Origin: Octopus vulgaris
Taxonomy: Eukaryota
Assembly (NCBI GenBank): GCA_951406725.2
Contig: OX597823.1
Location: 80,724,001 to 80,788,000, forward strand
DNA length: 64,000 nucleotides
Direction of reading: 5' to 3'
Shown here: positions 26,439-41,115 of the stretch, in pieces
Position numbering within the stretch: the stretch's first letter is position 1
Layout of the letters: each line of letters begins with the position of its first letter
Program-made: the position numbers and the translations under genes
Notes under the pieces: model-generated
The model's database searches: none
Told to the model about the DNA's origin: nothing
What the model saw: only the letters and a program-made list of their open reading frames with translations

Positions 26439-27508
26439 GGATCTTTTCATTTTGAAGGCCAGATTTTCCTAGTTAACTAAACAATTTGAAACTTCGTATA
26501 CTGGTAGAATGTGTCAAAAGAAAACATTATTGTAAACAAAATTGTAATTCGTAACTTAAACGTAGTTTAATTTTAAGAATTTTAACCAATGAAATCGCAG
26601 CATTCGAGCTCAAATTATTTACCTCTTCTTCTGTCTTCTACATGTGCTAGAAATAACAGCTATTTCTCTTAAATCGATTAATTTCGTCGCCCAATAAAAA
26701 TATTAACGATATTTCTTGAATATTTTCTTTATTTTTTTTTACCGAAAAGGCTTCTCCCATGGTTTTGAAGGGCCAGAAACAACAAAAACAAAACAATAAT
26801 ATGCCTAAATCGGTCTCGAGTTTGCGCGTGGAGTGTGAGTAGTATTGTAAAAATTTGAGAAATATTTTTTCATAAAAGGATGCCCCCAGCTTGTCGGAAG
26901 CTGTGATATAAATTGGGAAAAAATCCTCGACACCAGTGCGTAATTGGTACTTAATTTATCGACCCCGAAACGATGAAACATTGACGCCCCCTTCTGGTTT
27001 ATTTACCTTTTGTGCAAATTTGTTGCGGCAAGTGGCAAAACACGAACGTGTATTTTTGCTTGTGTGCGTATATGTATATGTCCGTTTGTACGTGTGTGTA
27101 CGCTTATATATTAATTACTATGTGCTTGTGCAAATGTGTGTGTGTGTGTGTGTGTGGTGCGTCTGCTATATTTCTTTATCAATATCGATAACGCAGCAAT
27201 GCTGGGATTTCATTGGTTAAAATTTGAAGATGTTGGGATTTTATTGGTTAAAATTCGTAAAAATTAAACTACGTTTAAGTTACGAATTACAATTTTGTTT
27301 TCAATTTTGTTTACAATAATGTTTTCTTTTGACACATTCTACCAGTATACGAAGTTTCAAATTGTTTAGTTAACTAGGGAAAATCTGGCCTTCAAAATGA
27401 AAAGATCCAAATGTTTTATTTTTACACATTCTACCAGTATACGAAGTTTTAAAGTGTTTAGTTAACTAGAAATTGTGTTGAAAACTGCCGTTCAAAAGGA
27501 AAAGATCC
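26439..27508. mobile_element. MITE-like element with GGATCTTTTC termini and about 150-bp inverted arms
   Basis: 26439-26592 is the reverse complement of about 27240-27408. A second end, aaaggaaaagatcc, lies at about 27508. Confidence 0.65.
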
Positions 27509-28256
27509 AACCAATCTAAATATTAGAGATTTAAATTCGTGTCTGCCATTCTACATTCAATTCTTAACATCTTCTCCATTAGAAAAATAGTAACAGATTC
27601 ATAGGGAAGCACAATGGAGTATTTATTTCCTTCTCGACAGCATTAACGGATTTAAATCAAGTCATTTGCCTTTAACGATAAATCGAAATTTTCTGAATAC
27701 TTGCCTATTCCTGTTCAACAAAGCTCACCTTCAATAATTAGATAAGTTATTTTATCAAATTTTCGGCTGCTGTGTGTGTGTGTGTGTGTGTCTGTGTGTG
27801 TGTGTGTGTCTGTGTGTGTGTGTGTGTGTCTGTGTGTGTGTGTCCCCACAGTGCTTCACAGCCGGTGCTGGTTTGTTTAACGTCCCCTTAGCAGTTCAGC
27901 GAAAGAGGCGGTAGAATAAGAACCAGACTTTAAAAAAAAAATATTGGAGTACATATCCAACTAAGCCCTTCAAAGTGGTGCTACAGCTTGACCACAGTGC
28001 AGTGATCGACATAAATAACGGGGAAAAAGAATATAAATTATTTGTATAAAGTATTAAAGTATTAATCCTGGCTGGATTTTCCTGTTTGCTGGGACTGACC
28101 TCTCACCTGACGGATTAGCTAAAAGCGGGGAAAAAGAAAAGAAAGAAAAATTGAGATGAAAGAGAGCAGTTGTTGTTTAAGCGTTCTTGTCATAAATGTT
28201 TGCCACTTTAAATCTTAGGAATATTTAAAAATATTCTTTCATTATTTTAGACTTAA

Positions 28257-28648
28257 TCTTTCTATATGTAAAGCTGAAGTTGTCTGTGTATGGCAGGTTT
28301 GGTAGCCTTCAACTAACACTATCTCCTCCATGACCCTGCGGCGCAAGTTGACCAAAATTGAGAGTATGATAGAAGAAGGCTAGCTCTTCCTTCCGTAGAA
28401 GAAAAAATTCAAATCGGACCATGTTAACACCAAAAATTATTTACATCAAAAAAGTGCTTTTTTTCTATGAAAATCCCTATTTTTTACGATTTTTTGACTG
28501 CTGTGTCGCCATTTTTCGATGTATTTCAACCAGAAAAATGTTCACTTAAAGAGAATAACAAGCTACATAATGCAAAATTTTTACTTTTCAAAAATTCCAA
28601 TTGTAAAGGGTCGAAACAAATCCGAACAACGCCGGGCAATACTGCTAG
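28257..28648 (+). mobile_element. Non-autonomous Helitron-like element
   Basis: TC start, ccgaacaacgccgggcaatactgCTAG|T end, different interior. Confidence 0.65.
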
Positions 28649-28772
28649 TTTATGTAAATGTTGATATTCTGACGTCTGAAAATTCAAACTTAGTAGTACT
28701 GTTTTATGTTAATGTTGATTTCTGACAGAAATGCATGCTGGCAAGATTTGTGGGAGGAAGTGTAATTGATTA

Positions 28773-29329
28773 CCGTAAATCCTCGAGTATAGTCCACCCT
28801 TGAGTATAATATGCAGGGGATTTTTAGGGGGTTGTACATCTGAAAAACCTAAACCTTGTGTATAATACGCACCCCTTCTCTAACTTGAGTCAAGGAAGTC
28901 TATATAACGTCCTTGGTTTGTAAAAATATATACGGTAACGTGTTTTATTATTATTCTATGTTGTTTTATGTTTTCCAGTTTCAGCTCTTGAGCTGTGGCC
29001 ATGCTGGGGCACCAATGCAAATGTGTACCTATTTTGTGCATTTTGTTTGCAGAAAATAAAGAAATAACAGTAATAACGTTTAATAAATGTTGCTTATTGC
29101 AAGTTATGGATGATTCTTTTATGACTTCATTGCTTTCAGGCTTAGCTTAAGGTATTTTCGTGCCTAACATCACAAAATGCGTCTGAATAAACATTGCCGG
29201 ACGGCAAATAGAGACTGGGACATTGCTTAGAAAATAATTTTCATTTTTAACCACGTATATAGTACGCACTAGGGATTTTGACCTTTATATTTTGGGACAA
29301 AAATGCGGGTTATACTCGAGGATTTACGG
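28773..29329. mobile_element. Tc1/mariner-pogo type MITE with TA TSD
   Basis: TIR ccgtaaatcctcgagtata / tatactcgaggatttacgg, TA on both sides. Confidence 0.85.
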
Positions 29330-32300
29330 TACATACAAATCCCACATCATTCTCTTGACGAAGTCGTGTGCTGATATGACCTGCCACGTGATTTAGCGTG
29401 AAACATTTCAAATTTTACCAGACAACAGATTTTTCGACGGCATATTTCAGCTGAAGTAAACAGGGTGGTTCCATTGTAAGGCTGAGAAAAAGAGCATACA
29501 TTGTGAAACTGCCCTAGGATTTCAATACCCTGGCATCGGCATTGCTTTTGCCACAGACTTCTATACTTCTTGCAAGCCATAAATTCTCCAATATGCTAAC
29601 CGTTCTAGGTTAGACAACGGCTTGACAATATCTACAAGAACAAAGGCAGCGAGCTGGCAGAAACGTTAGCACGCCGGACGAAATGCTTAGCAGTATTTCT
29701 TCTGTCTTTACGTTCTGAGTTCAAATTCCGCTGAGGTCGACTTTGCCTTTCATCCTTTCAGGGTCGATAAATTAAGTACCAGTTACACACTGGGATCGAT
29801 GTAGTCGACTTAATCCCTTTGTCTGTCCTTGTTTGTCCACTCTATGTTTAGCCCTATGTGTATAGTAAAGAAATAGGTATTTGGACTCTCTTTACGTTCT
29901 GAGTTCAAATTACGCCGAGGTTGACTTTGCCTTTCATCCTTTCGGGGTTGATAAAATAAGTGTCAGTTGGTTAAGGAGGTCCATGTAATCGACTTAGCCC
30001 CTCCTCTGAAATTGCTAGCTTTGTGACAAACTTTAAAACCAATATTGAGTTGCTGAATATAGCGGCGAACCGGCAGAATCGTTAGCATGAACATCAGTAG
30101 CTTGGCAAAGGCTGCGAGGTAGCAGAATCGTTAGCACACTGAACAAAGTGCTTAGCGGCATATCATCCATCTTTATGTTCTGAGTTCAAATGTCGCTGAG
30201 GTCGACTTTGCCTTTCATCGTTTCGGGGTCGATGAAAAAAGTACCAGCTAATCGACTAGTTTACTCCTACCAAATTTCAGACCTCCTGCCTATAGCAGAA
30301 ACAATTATTTGTAGTTTGGTACGTGTAATGTGTTGTATACTTCCATTTAATTGGAAGAATACTTGTTACTTATTGTTTTATTTAACCAATCATATTTTGA
30401 TAAAATATTCAGTTACGAATCAATCCAGTAATGGCCACGTTATCAACAAACCACACATAACGTCACTTATTTTATCTAGCTAGTTTTGTATGTCGTTATG
30501 ATACAACGTAACAATAAGTAAATGCTGGGAAGCCCACGTATACAAGTATGGTACACGAAGAACTGCAAAGTAATGGAATATAGAAGGATTACGACGAAAG
30601 CAATATTTTGAAGAACTGGGATAATTTCCGAATGTGTATAGCAGCCAGTACGACAATGAACGTTTCGTTCTTGAGCAAATTGCTACAATACTGCTACTAA
30701 AAACAACTTAAGTCGTATATAGTCGTGTTGTTACCGTGCAAAAATAAAATTGTATATATTGTTGGAAATCTTGAATTTACGGAGTGTGGTATTGCTTTTG
30801 GTATTGCAGTGATGATGCTTTTGTTATGTGTTGAAATACAACAGAAGTGTATATAATATGTGTAATTGAGAAGTGACCGAAAGCATATTAACCGTCCCAT
30901 CCCGTTTTGTTGTAATGAATCAGGTTTCATTGAAAGCGTAGCAACATTGAACAGACTGAAAGAGAGTCGTGATATTTATAGCTTGAATGCTTTTCTTCAA
31001 ATTTATTTTCTAGTTTGAGGGTTGATGCGGAACTAAATGCTAAAACTACGAACGATATCTCTTAATTTAAAATTCACAAAAAAATATACGAATTGTAAAA
31101 GCGGGAGAAGAATGATAAGGCTTACAATATAACAAAAATACTATACTCCCGAGTAAAGAAAGCAAAAGGTTGCAGATAAAGCACAATATGCAGGAGGACA
31201 AAGGTGGAATAGTGTGAAGGAATTGAAAGTAGAAAAAACATATCGGGCAAATAAAAGCTAGCGAAGCAGAACTGAGTGCTTCATACAAAAATGTTGAATA
31301 GAGGTAAATTAGAAACACGTTTTAAAGAGAAAAAAAAAAGAAAGAAAAGAATAGGTGGCACGAAATTAAAGAATGAAAATATTTATTGAGCGTGAGTAGT
31401 GAGATAGCAAAGGGTCAAACGTGAATGTGGTATTGGCTGGGGGATGTAGCTTCTATTTTAAACGGTTTCATTAGATAACTGTAAGCTGTGAACTATGTAG
31501 CTTGGATTCTTAGCATGTCACACGACCATTGCATAGTCAAACGTCGTAAAGGATAAATAATAATAATGAAATTATTGTATACAGTGCTCAGGTGCACCAC
31601 AACTTGTCAGAAAGTGCATATAAAGTACATGCAGTAATGTAGAAATGTCTGGAAAGCGAACAATGTATGAATCAGATACATGCTTGTGTGTGTATGGAGG
31701 GGAGAAAATCAAGTGTAGTGTTGGCGAATCTCAGGAAGCATGGAAGTTTTGAAGGATGCAGTGCTCCGACAACTAACAACCGATGCCGGCAGTTTGTTCC
31801 ATGGGATATGTGAATGTGTCGCATTCTGGAATGAGAAGGTAGAGAAAGCTTTTGTAAGATTGGATATTAAAAAGAGACAACGGAAGAAATGTGATATTAA
31901 ACAACAAAGCTTTCTCTATCTTCCCATCATAATATATTTACAGCTGATTTTTCATTCATTTTTCTAATTCAATTCCTTCCTTGTGTAGGATCGTACAAAT
32001 GACCAAATATTAAAGATTTAAGTTGACCATGAATGTAATTGGCTTATATCAAATTTCGACATAATATCTGGATAGTATTCGACTTGAAGATAATGCAAAA
32101 GTGTTCGTGTGTGATGACCCAACTACAAACACTACTGTTTTTATGATTGTCCCTTCCTCAACTTCGGCCATCCTCTATCCATTTTTCTATCGAATCTTTG
32201 TATTTCTCTTCTAATCTTTGTATTTCTTCCTCTCTTCTTTTCTTTCCTTCCCTTCTGTTTAGTCTTTCTTTTCCAAATCATCACTTCTCTTGTTATGTTT

Positions 32301-32649
32301 AGTCCATGAGGATACACGTGGATGGAAGAGTCGCTGAAGAGGTCACTTCTCTTCCCCTTTCCTCTTTATTCTCTCTTCCATTTACCTTATGCTTATTTTT
32401 ATTGCTTCTCTTCACTCCCCTTCCCATGCCTGTACCATTCCTTCAGTGCTCTTCTTGGTTATAACCAGAAGTAACTTGGACGAAAGCAGTATTAATTTTC
32501 TAGGTCGTTAAATTTTTCTCAGGCGATCAATTGGCCAGTTAAGTAAACCTATCACTTACAAACTTATAATGACAACTGGAAACAGGTGTAAGTCAAATCT
32601 ACTGAAATAAAGAGATAGTAATTACCATTATTTATGCCTTGTCTTGTGT

Positions 32650-35030
32650 ATATATAGTTCAAATTTACAGAAAACAAAAGACGAAGACAGGTATAGGAAC
32701 AACAAGCAGGTGTATTAGTTTAACGCTCAAAAAGAATGGAAAAGTCTTTTACATTTCGAGCCTACGCTCTTTGACAGAAAGGATAAAGAGGAAAAAAAAC
32801 GAAGAGAGAACGAAAAAAAAAAGCGGAGAGAGAAAAAAATGTGCAGAGTTCAACGGTCCAACATGACGAGATGACCAGAAAAAAAGAGGCTGGATGAAAG
32901 AAAGATAATAATAATAACTATAACAGTGACCCCAACGAACTAAGGTGCGCAACCGCGTGTGTGTATATGAGAATGGTGCGTGTGAGTGTGTATGTGTGAA
33001 TGGGGATGACTATGTGAGTATGAGTAGACAGGCTGAAAATTATGTGAACCTGTGTGTGTATGTGTATAAGTAACCCAGTGTGTACATTATGTGGAGTGAT
33101 ATGCATTTCATGTACTGGTAGGTATGTGGATTTCTGCTATGGACGTGTGTATGTATGTGCGGGGTTATCGTGTGCGTGCAAAGGCATGGGCTTGTGTGTA
33201 TGTGAACAAATAACCCAGTGTATGCGTTGTGTAGAATGATGTGCGTTTTGTGCATTTGTGTGTATGTGTGTGAGGCTAACGTGTGTGTGTGTGTGTGTTG
33301 TGTGTAGCATTTGATGCGTGCTTGTTCAGGTGGTGTGTGCATGTGTGTATGCGAGTCTGTGACCAAATGGTATGCTAGTGTATAGTGTATTTGTGGATGA
33401 AAGTTTCCTGTGTCTATGTATGTCGCTAGTGTTTATGCATGTGTGTGTATTGTCTGTGTCCAGATATTACGTGCTTTTGTGGGTGTGGAAGCGTGCATGC
33501 TGGTGTGTGGTGTGTATACTGAGTTAAACAGCTGCTCGAATATTGGTAAGTGTGTTGGCGCTATTGAAGATTTGCGTGTGGGTGTGTGGATAATAGTGTG
33601 TGGTGTGAATGATAATAAGTGTTTGGTGCTAGTGTGTATGGAGTGAGAGGGTGTGAGTGCAGTGGTATGTGAAATGATTAATGAGTTGAACTGTGTGTAT
33701 GAGGGTTTGTATAATGGTGTGTGGAGGTTTCGAAATAGGTGGTATACAGGTGTGTAAGTGTAGGAGGGAAGTTGAATGTGGGAGGTGTGTGGGAATCCGT
33801 GTGGGGGTTCGTGTCAGATGAAAAGAAGTAATGGGTTGAATCTATGAGTCACAGAGGAATGAAGAGAGAAGATTAATTCCAATTCACGGCGAAGACGGGA
33901 GTCCGGGTGGCGCCTGTGACAGTCTGAACACTGACAGATGTTATAGCAAATGACTGGTAGAGCGGAAGTAGCGCGACAGCGAGGTGTCATTGCCAAGTCT
34001 GATATCTCGGAGGTGCTTCGCGAACCGATCAACCAAACGGCGTCCCGTTTGACCAATGTACAGGGAAGGACAGAGAAAACAGGAAATGCAGTAAATAACA
34101 TTACTGGAGGGGCAAGAAAAGGAGTTGGTACGTGATAGGGACGGTAATGGGTGCCAATGAGGATGGTGATATTGGAGAGGTAGGAGCAAGTGCGACTATG
34201 TGGGCGAGAGCAGGGGAAAGAGCCAGGCTGGGAGGCAGGGGTAGGGAAGAAACTGTTGACCAGGAGGTCACACAAGTTATGGGCTCGTTTGAAGGAGGGA
34301 GGGGTAGGTTAGGGAAGATGTACGATGTGGTGGGTTTGGAGTGGAGTCGACGGAAGGCTCAGAGAATGGTGCATTGGAGGGACGGTGGAAGGGTGGTAGG
34401 TGAAGGGAGACGAGTAAGGGTGGGGTGGGTGCGAGGAGAAAGAGCAGAGGCACGGTCCGCAGATCGTGCCTGGGCAAGGGCAGTGTGGATAATGGTGAGG
34501 TGATATCTATGTAGGATGAAATGGTGAACCATCAGTTGAGAATGAGTCTCAAAATCATGGTCGTCACTGCAGAGCCTGCATAGACAGAGAAATTAGGAGT
34601 GGGGGATAGAGAGCTTGGTGTGGATAGCGTGGGAGGAGGAGGCATTAGGGTAGGAGTGTGAGTCAGGGTATTTGTAGTGGATGGTGAGAGTGGAGTGTGA
34701 ATATTGACAGAGATATCGAGATATTTGACAAAAGAATTAGAAACAATGCAAGAGAATTTGAGGGCAGGATGGAAGGATTGGACAAAGGAGAGGAAGGTAT
34801 CAAGATGTTCACTGGAGTGTAAGGTCGTGCTCATACAGTCATCAATATAACGACCATATAGCTTGGGAGTGGGGCCAGTGAATTGTGAGAATATTTGGTG
34901 CTCAACATAGCCAATGAACAGGTTTGCATAGTTGGGGCCCATTTTTGTTCCCATGGCCATCCCTAAGATCTGTTGGTAAGACTCCCCTGCAAACGAGAAG
35001 CAGTTGGAGAGGACAACTTCAGCCAAATGA
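32650..35030 (-). mobile_element. Penelope-like element (5'-truncated): RT 3' part, GIY-YIG endonuclease, CA-rich 3' region and terminal repeat
   Basis: RT: YQQILGMAMGTKMGPNYANLFIG...YGRYIDDC (34532-35030). GIY-YIG: SSNVIYCISCFLCPSLYIGQTGRRLVDRF (about 33815-34190). Frameshifted. The terminal segment 32650-32785 is similar to 19545-19740. Confidence 0.88.
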
Positions 35031-35047
35031 ACAAGTATGGAGGTGCA

Positions 35048-35099
<52 letters not shown>

Positions 35100-35377
35100 A
35101 TATATATATATATATACACACATGCACATATTGTATATATTCTTTTATTCTTTTGCTTGTTTCAGTCATTTCACTGTGGCCATGCTGGAGCACCATCTTG
35201 AAGGGTTTCAGTCAAAGAAATCGATCCCAACACTTACTCTTTGTAAGCCTAGTACTTATTCTATCGGTCTTCTTTGCCAAACTGCTAAGTTACAGTGACA
35301 TAAACACATCAGTATTAGTTGTCATGTGATGGCAGAGGTAGGGGGTGGAGGACAAACACAGACATACACTCATAAAT

Positions 35378-35416
<39 letters not shown>

Positions 35417-35447
35417 CATATTTACATACATACTTATATATAAAAAT

Positions 35448-36033
35448 GTGACAACCGTTGCAGACTTCGTAGAGTTCACACTGAAGATATCACCCACATC
35501 ATAAGCAGTTGTTCAAAAATGTCATCACAGTATTATCTACTGATGAGATATGATGTTGTAGCTAGGACACTCTATAATGAAATCTGTCAGAAAGATAATC
35601 CTGAGGTCAAATCCACAATATGGTAGAAGCCATAGCCACTCATAATAAAAACGAATACTGGTGGAATGTACCAGTGAAGACCTCAATAAAATGTAAGCAC
35701 AACAGGCTTGATATAATTATTTGGGATTGAGAAGGGGAAACTGTGCACAATTGTGGAGATTAGCTGCCCAGCAGATGTTAACATAAAGCTGAAGATCAGT
35801 GACAAAGAGAACACCTATGCTGAACTATTGAGAAATCTGCAGTTGCGCTATCCAGATTACAAGTTACCTGTAATTATTGGGGCCCTGTGGTATGTAACAC
35901 ACTGCTTAAATACCAATCTTGTGAAATTGAGCTTCTCAAAACCAGAAAGGAGAAATCTAATTTGAAGACTACAGATCCAGTCCATCACCGGAACTGTAAA
36001 AATCTGTAAAATTTTCCAGAAGTTTATCATTTA
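35448..36033 (+). mobile_element. R4/Dong-like non-LTR retrotransposon 3' fragment (zinc knuckle plus RLE)
   Basis: NRCRL..HTEDITHIISSC..M...R.D.VA, YWWNVPVKT..KHNRLDIIIWD, VEISCPADVNI..K...KENTYAEL...PVIIGAL. Flanked by microsatellites. Confidence 0.75.
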
Positions 36034-36449
36034 AAAGGTATATGAGCATGTCTAGATATGCAACTATATGCATGAAAATATATACATAAAACATTCATAT
36101 CTACACATACATACATATGTACATACATACATACATACATACATACATACATACATACATACATACATACATACATACCTTGTTGTTGATGTTGAAATTC
36201 CAATGAAAGAGACTTGGATCTAGGTTAGAAACTAACTCTTTCTCTACTGGCAACAAATCTTGAAATAAAATGAATAATGACACCAGCCACAGAGAGGGTG
36301 GGCCAGAATTCCTGACTCGATTATTTGCTATATATTTCTTAACATACTAATTTTATTGTTGTATTATATTGCTTCTTAATATACGTATTACATAATATTA
36401 ATATATTAATATTTATAACTAACAAGTGAGTCGTGAATTCTGGCTCACA

Positions 36450-36489
<40 letters not shown>

Positions 36490-36809
36490 GACAGACTTCT
36501 TTCAATCTCTGTATACCAAATCCACTCGCAAGGCTTTGGCTGGCTCAAGGCTAAAGTAGAAGACACTTGCATACATGCCCAAGGTGTCATACAGTGGGAC
36601 TGAACCTGGAATCTTGTGGCTGGGAAGCAAGCATCTTATCACACAGCCACACCTGCATATATTTACACACACACACACACACAGCCACACCTGCATATAT
36701 TTACACACTCACACACACACACACACACAAACACATACAATGTGTACCCTTTCAGTGCTTCCAGGAGTCAGTTTCACAATGGTGGGTGAGTTTTCATGAG
36801 AACCTTGCA

Positions 36810-37090
36810 TCAGCTGGTCTTTTATCATTACCTGTGTGAAGCTCAGGGTCTTGAGATCAACCATCACCACATCATACCATTTCTTCCTGGGTTTTCTTTG
36901 TTGACAAACTCTAGCCACTTTTAGTGTCCAACACATCTTTATACAGCTACCCTCATCCATATGTATCCTGTATCCATACAAGCACAGTCTTTTTCCTTAT
37001 AGACTACTTCTGATTTGTCTTATGCCTAGTTTTTCTCGCAGCACATTTATGCAATGACATTTACGTACACCTACATTGCACATCCAACAA
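36810..37090 (-). mobile_element. RTE-clade LINE 3' fragment (decayed)
   Basis: RLCLYGYRIHMDEGSCIKMC...RKPRKKWYDVVMVDL, homologous to 45000-45150. Confidence 0.65.
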
Positions 37091-38304
37091 AGCTTCATTC
37101 TTTCCAGTCTTTTCATGTGTTAGCTTCATTTCTTTTCAGTCTTGACACCCGCACTTTCTGTCCCTGTTTCATCTAGATGTATGTTATTAATACTGTTTAA
37201 CCCATCAATCTCAATTAAGTAGGACTATGATCAAAAGCATTCAAGCCATAGCCATCATATTGTGTTTTCTCTAATTCACTATTCTGGCCTACTTTAACTA
37301 ATACGTCCATCCTTAAAGACTGTGTGGAATGATTTAGGGATATTCAGCTACTGTTTCTAGTAATTTGAGCGACCACATACAGGCTCCAACATTAGACTTA
37401 CATGTGTACATTCTTAAAACCGGTTTTTTATGATGTAAAGAGGTGGTGTATTTATTTTACTTATCAAAATTTTTATATTTATTTTAGTAAAATAAATAAT
37501 ATTTGACATATTAATTTATTTGGACTAAATACAAAGCCAGAATTTGCAGGCAGTGAGTACAGTCAATTAAATCTACCCCAGTAAAGTATAAAACAAAACA
37601 ATTGTTGAGATATACTGTGCTAAGAATGAAGTGAGACATATATTCCCCAGGATAGTGTGTCTGTCTATTACAAGTGATACTCCCAGGAGTTATTCATTTA
37701 GAATTGAGAAGTATTTTAAAACTTTATGGTGTGGTAAAAGTAGGAAAGCAATAGCCATGGCCTTTATGCAGGGTCTCCAGGATTGGTGAGGGGAATTAGT
37801 TAGTTTGCTCCATGCCATTTGGCACATAAGGCACATGCTCTTTCCAACCAGTTCCATTTTCTACTACTGTTCTGGTCTCATTCCAGCTTCTCTACCTTTC
37901 TTGTTGCCTCCCCTTGTCAATGGTCCTTTGTTACATGGTTTTAAGGTGCTCTGTTGCTGTTTTCCCTTCAGGCTTCCACTTTAGCGGCACCATACTATCA
38001 CTTTCTTGATCTTGTCAGAGGACGTCTCTGATCCAGTTTCAGCATCTGTGTCTTATTTCGTCACTGGTCCTGTTAATACCTGTTATTATTTCAAATGTGT
38101 CGTTTTGGACTCTTTGCAGCCACTTGATGTCTAGTATTTGCCTTAAGCATGTGAATTGGGAAGCTGTCCATTGTAAAGGAAGGAAACACACCATAAATTC
38201 TGGGTCATCTTCAAGTGATGGTTAAGAGTTGTTGAAATATAGCTGAAAGCTTGGGGAGGGGAAGTAGAGAAATATCTCCATGTAATACAACACAAACATT
38301 TACA

Positions 38305-38680
38305 TTGATAGGGTTTTTCTAAGGATGTGGGCAGTACTTGTTAGCACAATCTTTTGGATTTCCTTGAGACATGGTTCTCCAGGGATATTGTCTAGGTGTT
38401 TCTGGTATCCCTTTTTTATCATACCTAGGGCACCTACAATAACAGGAACAGTTTTTGTTTTAAGATTCCACATCTTTTGTATTTCGATTTCCAGTACCGT
38501 TTCGGAGAACTTTAGCCTGGTAATTTCTGGTAAACAAGCTTTGATCTTGTGCTGCCAGTATGAAGCCTTCAGTCTCTACTTTCAATCCTGAACTCTTCAG
38601 CCACTGATGGGTTGTTGCTTGGTCTACATCAGCATTTTGGCTTCGGAGAATATATTGTCCATGCAGGGGCTTCTGGCTCC

Positions 38681-38682
<2 letters not shown>
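38305..38682 (-). mobile_element. R4/Dong-like fragment with internal deletion, abutting (TAA)n
   Basis: KPLHGQY...WLKSSGLKVETEGFILAAQDQSLFTRNYQ is joined to EIQKMWNLKTKTVPVIVGALGMI...IQKIVLTSTAHILRK. Adjacent TAA array at 38681-38745. Confidence 0.78.
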
Positions 38683-38730
<48 letters not shown>

Positions 38731-40574
38731 AATATTATTATTAATATTGGTTGCCAGCTCTGTCTGGCCCCGTGTTGGTGGCACGTAAAAGCACCATCCG
38801 TTCGTGTCCGTTGCCAGCATCGCCTGGCCCCGTGCCGGTGACACGTAAAAGCACCATCCGTTCGTGGCCGTTCGCCAGCTCTGTCTGGCACCTGTGCAGG
38901 TGGCACGTAAAAAACACCCACTACACTCGCGGAGTGGTTGGCGTTAGGAAGGGCATCCAGCCGTAGAAACACTGCCAGATCTGACTGGGCCTGACGAAGC
39001 CTTCCAGCTTCACAGACCCCAGTTGACCCGTCCAACCCATGCTAGCATGGAAAACGGACGCTAAACGATGATGATGATGATGATGATGATTATTATTACT
39101 AAGGCTGTGAGCCGGCAGAATCAATAGCATGCCAGGCAAAATGCTTAGCAGCAGTTCGTCTGTCATTAAATTCAGAGTTCAAATTCCACCAAGGTCGACT
39201 TAACCTTTCATCCTTTCGAAGTTGATAAATTAAGTACCAGTGAAACATTGGGGTCAATGTAATCAACTAGTTCCTTTCCCCAAAAAAATTGTAGAAAGGA
39301 TTATTATTATTGTCGTTATGTGAAATAAAGGCAGAAGGGAGAAGAATCAGTAGAGTACCAAACTTACACTGAGGTGAAACCCTACAAAAATTCCAGCTCC
39401 AGTACCTTATTATTTTCACTTCTGTATCAGTTATATAGTACAAAAAGGATAAGGATCCTTTCTAAGTCATATAGCCTCATAGGACTGGTTTTCTGGTTTC
39501 CATGGCTATGTGGTAAGATGCTTGCTTCTCAACCGCATGGTTTCGGGTTCAGTCCCACTGTGTGACACCTTGGGCAAGTGTTTTCTACTAAAACCTTGTG
39601 CCAACCAAAGCCTTGTGGGTGGATTTCGTAGGAAGAAACTGAAAGAAGACCATCGTATATATGTATGTATATATCATCATCATCATTTAATGTCCGCTTT
39701 CCATGCTGGCATGGGTTGGATGGTTTGACTGAGGACTGGCGAGCCAGATGGCTGCACCAGGTTCCAATCTGATCTGGCAGTGTTTCTACAGCTGGATGCC
39801 CTTCCTAACGCCAACCACTCCGAGAGTGTAGTGGGTGCTTTTATGTGCCACCAGCATGAGGGCCAGTCAGGCGGTACTGGCGATGGCCATGCTCAAATGT
39901 TTTTTTTTTTATGTGCCACCTACACAGGAACCAGTCCAGTGGCACTGGCAATGACCTTGCTTGAATGTTATTTTTTACGTGCCACTGGCATAAGTGCCAG
40001 TTAAGCGACGCTGTTAATGATTACACTCGAATGGTGCTTTTTACGTACCACTGGCATGGGAGCCAGTCAACGGCCCTGGCAATGATCACACTGAGATGGT
40101 GCTTTTAACGTTCCACTGGCATGGGTGCCAGTCAGGTGGTGCTGTCATCGGCCATGACAGCAAATTTAATTTTGATTGTGATTTCACTTGCCTCAAGAGA
40201 TCTTTGCAAGCAACGCATAAGTAGGCTGGTTACACCACTGGCATAGGCCATGGGTTATGGTCTCACTTGGCTTGCCAGGTCTTTTCAAGCACAACATATT
40301 TCCAAAGGTCTCAGTCACTAGTCATTGCCTCAGTGATATATATATATATATCTATGTCTGTGTCTATGTTTAATTCCCACCACCACTTGACAACCGTTTA
40401 TGTCCCTGTTACTTAGCAGTTCAGCAAAAGAGACTGATAGAATAAGTACTAGGTTTCAAAAATTAAGTCTTAGGGTTGATTTGTTTGACTAAAACTGTTC
40501 AAGGTGGTGCCCCAGCATGGCCGCAGTCAAATAACTGAAACAGGTAAAAGATAAATGATGTATTTTTCCCTTTG

Positions 40575-41115
40575 ATGGGATGCCAGTCTGTTACAGGATT
40601 GGATGCCAGTATGTCGCAGGATGGGATGACAGTGTGTCACAGGATGGGATGCCAGTGTGTCACAGGATGGGATGACAGTGTGTCACAGGATGGGATGCCA
40701 GTGTGTCACAGGATGGGATGACAGTCTGTTACAGGATGGGATGCCAGTGTGTCACATGGGATGCCAGTGTATCACATGGGATGCCAATGTGTCACAGGAT
40801 GGGATGACAGTGTGTTACAGGATGGGATGCCAGTGTGTCACAGGATGGGATGCCAGTGTGTCACAGGATGGGATGCCAGTCTGTTACAGGATGGGATGCC
40901 AGTGTGTCACATGGGATGCCAGTGTATCACATGGGATGCCAGTGTATCACAGGATGGGATGCGAGTATGTCGCAGGATGGAATGCCAGTATGTCGCAGGA
41001 TGGGATGCCAGTATGTCGCAGGATGGGATGACAGTATGTCACAGGATGGGATGCCAGTATGTCGCAGGATGGGATGACAGTGTGTCGCAGGATGGGATGC
41101 CAGTCTGTCGCCAGT
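40575..41115. repeat. 23-bp minisatellite (with 20-bp variants), about 24 copies
   Basis: Unit caggatgggatgccagtgtgtca. Period 23 measured at 40617, 40640 and 40663. Confidence 0.95.

Noticed and set aside
40575-41115. Regular short repeats and three overlapping Cys/Met-rich ORFs suggesting a CRISPR array or repeat protein
   Set aside because: Units are head-to-tail with no unique spacers and no cas genes, in eukaryotic context. The ORFs are a by-product of a stop-poor 23-bp unit.
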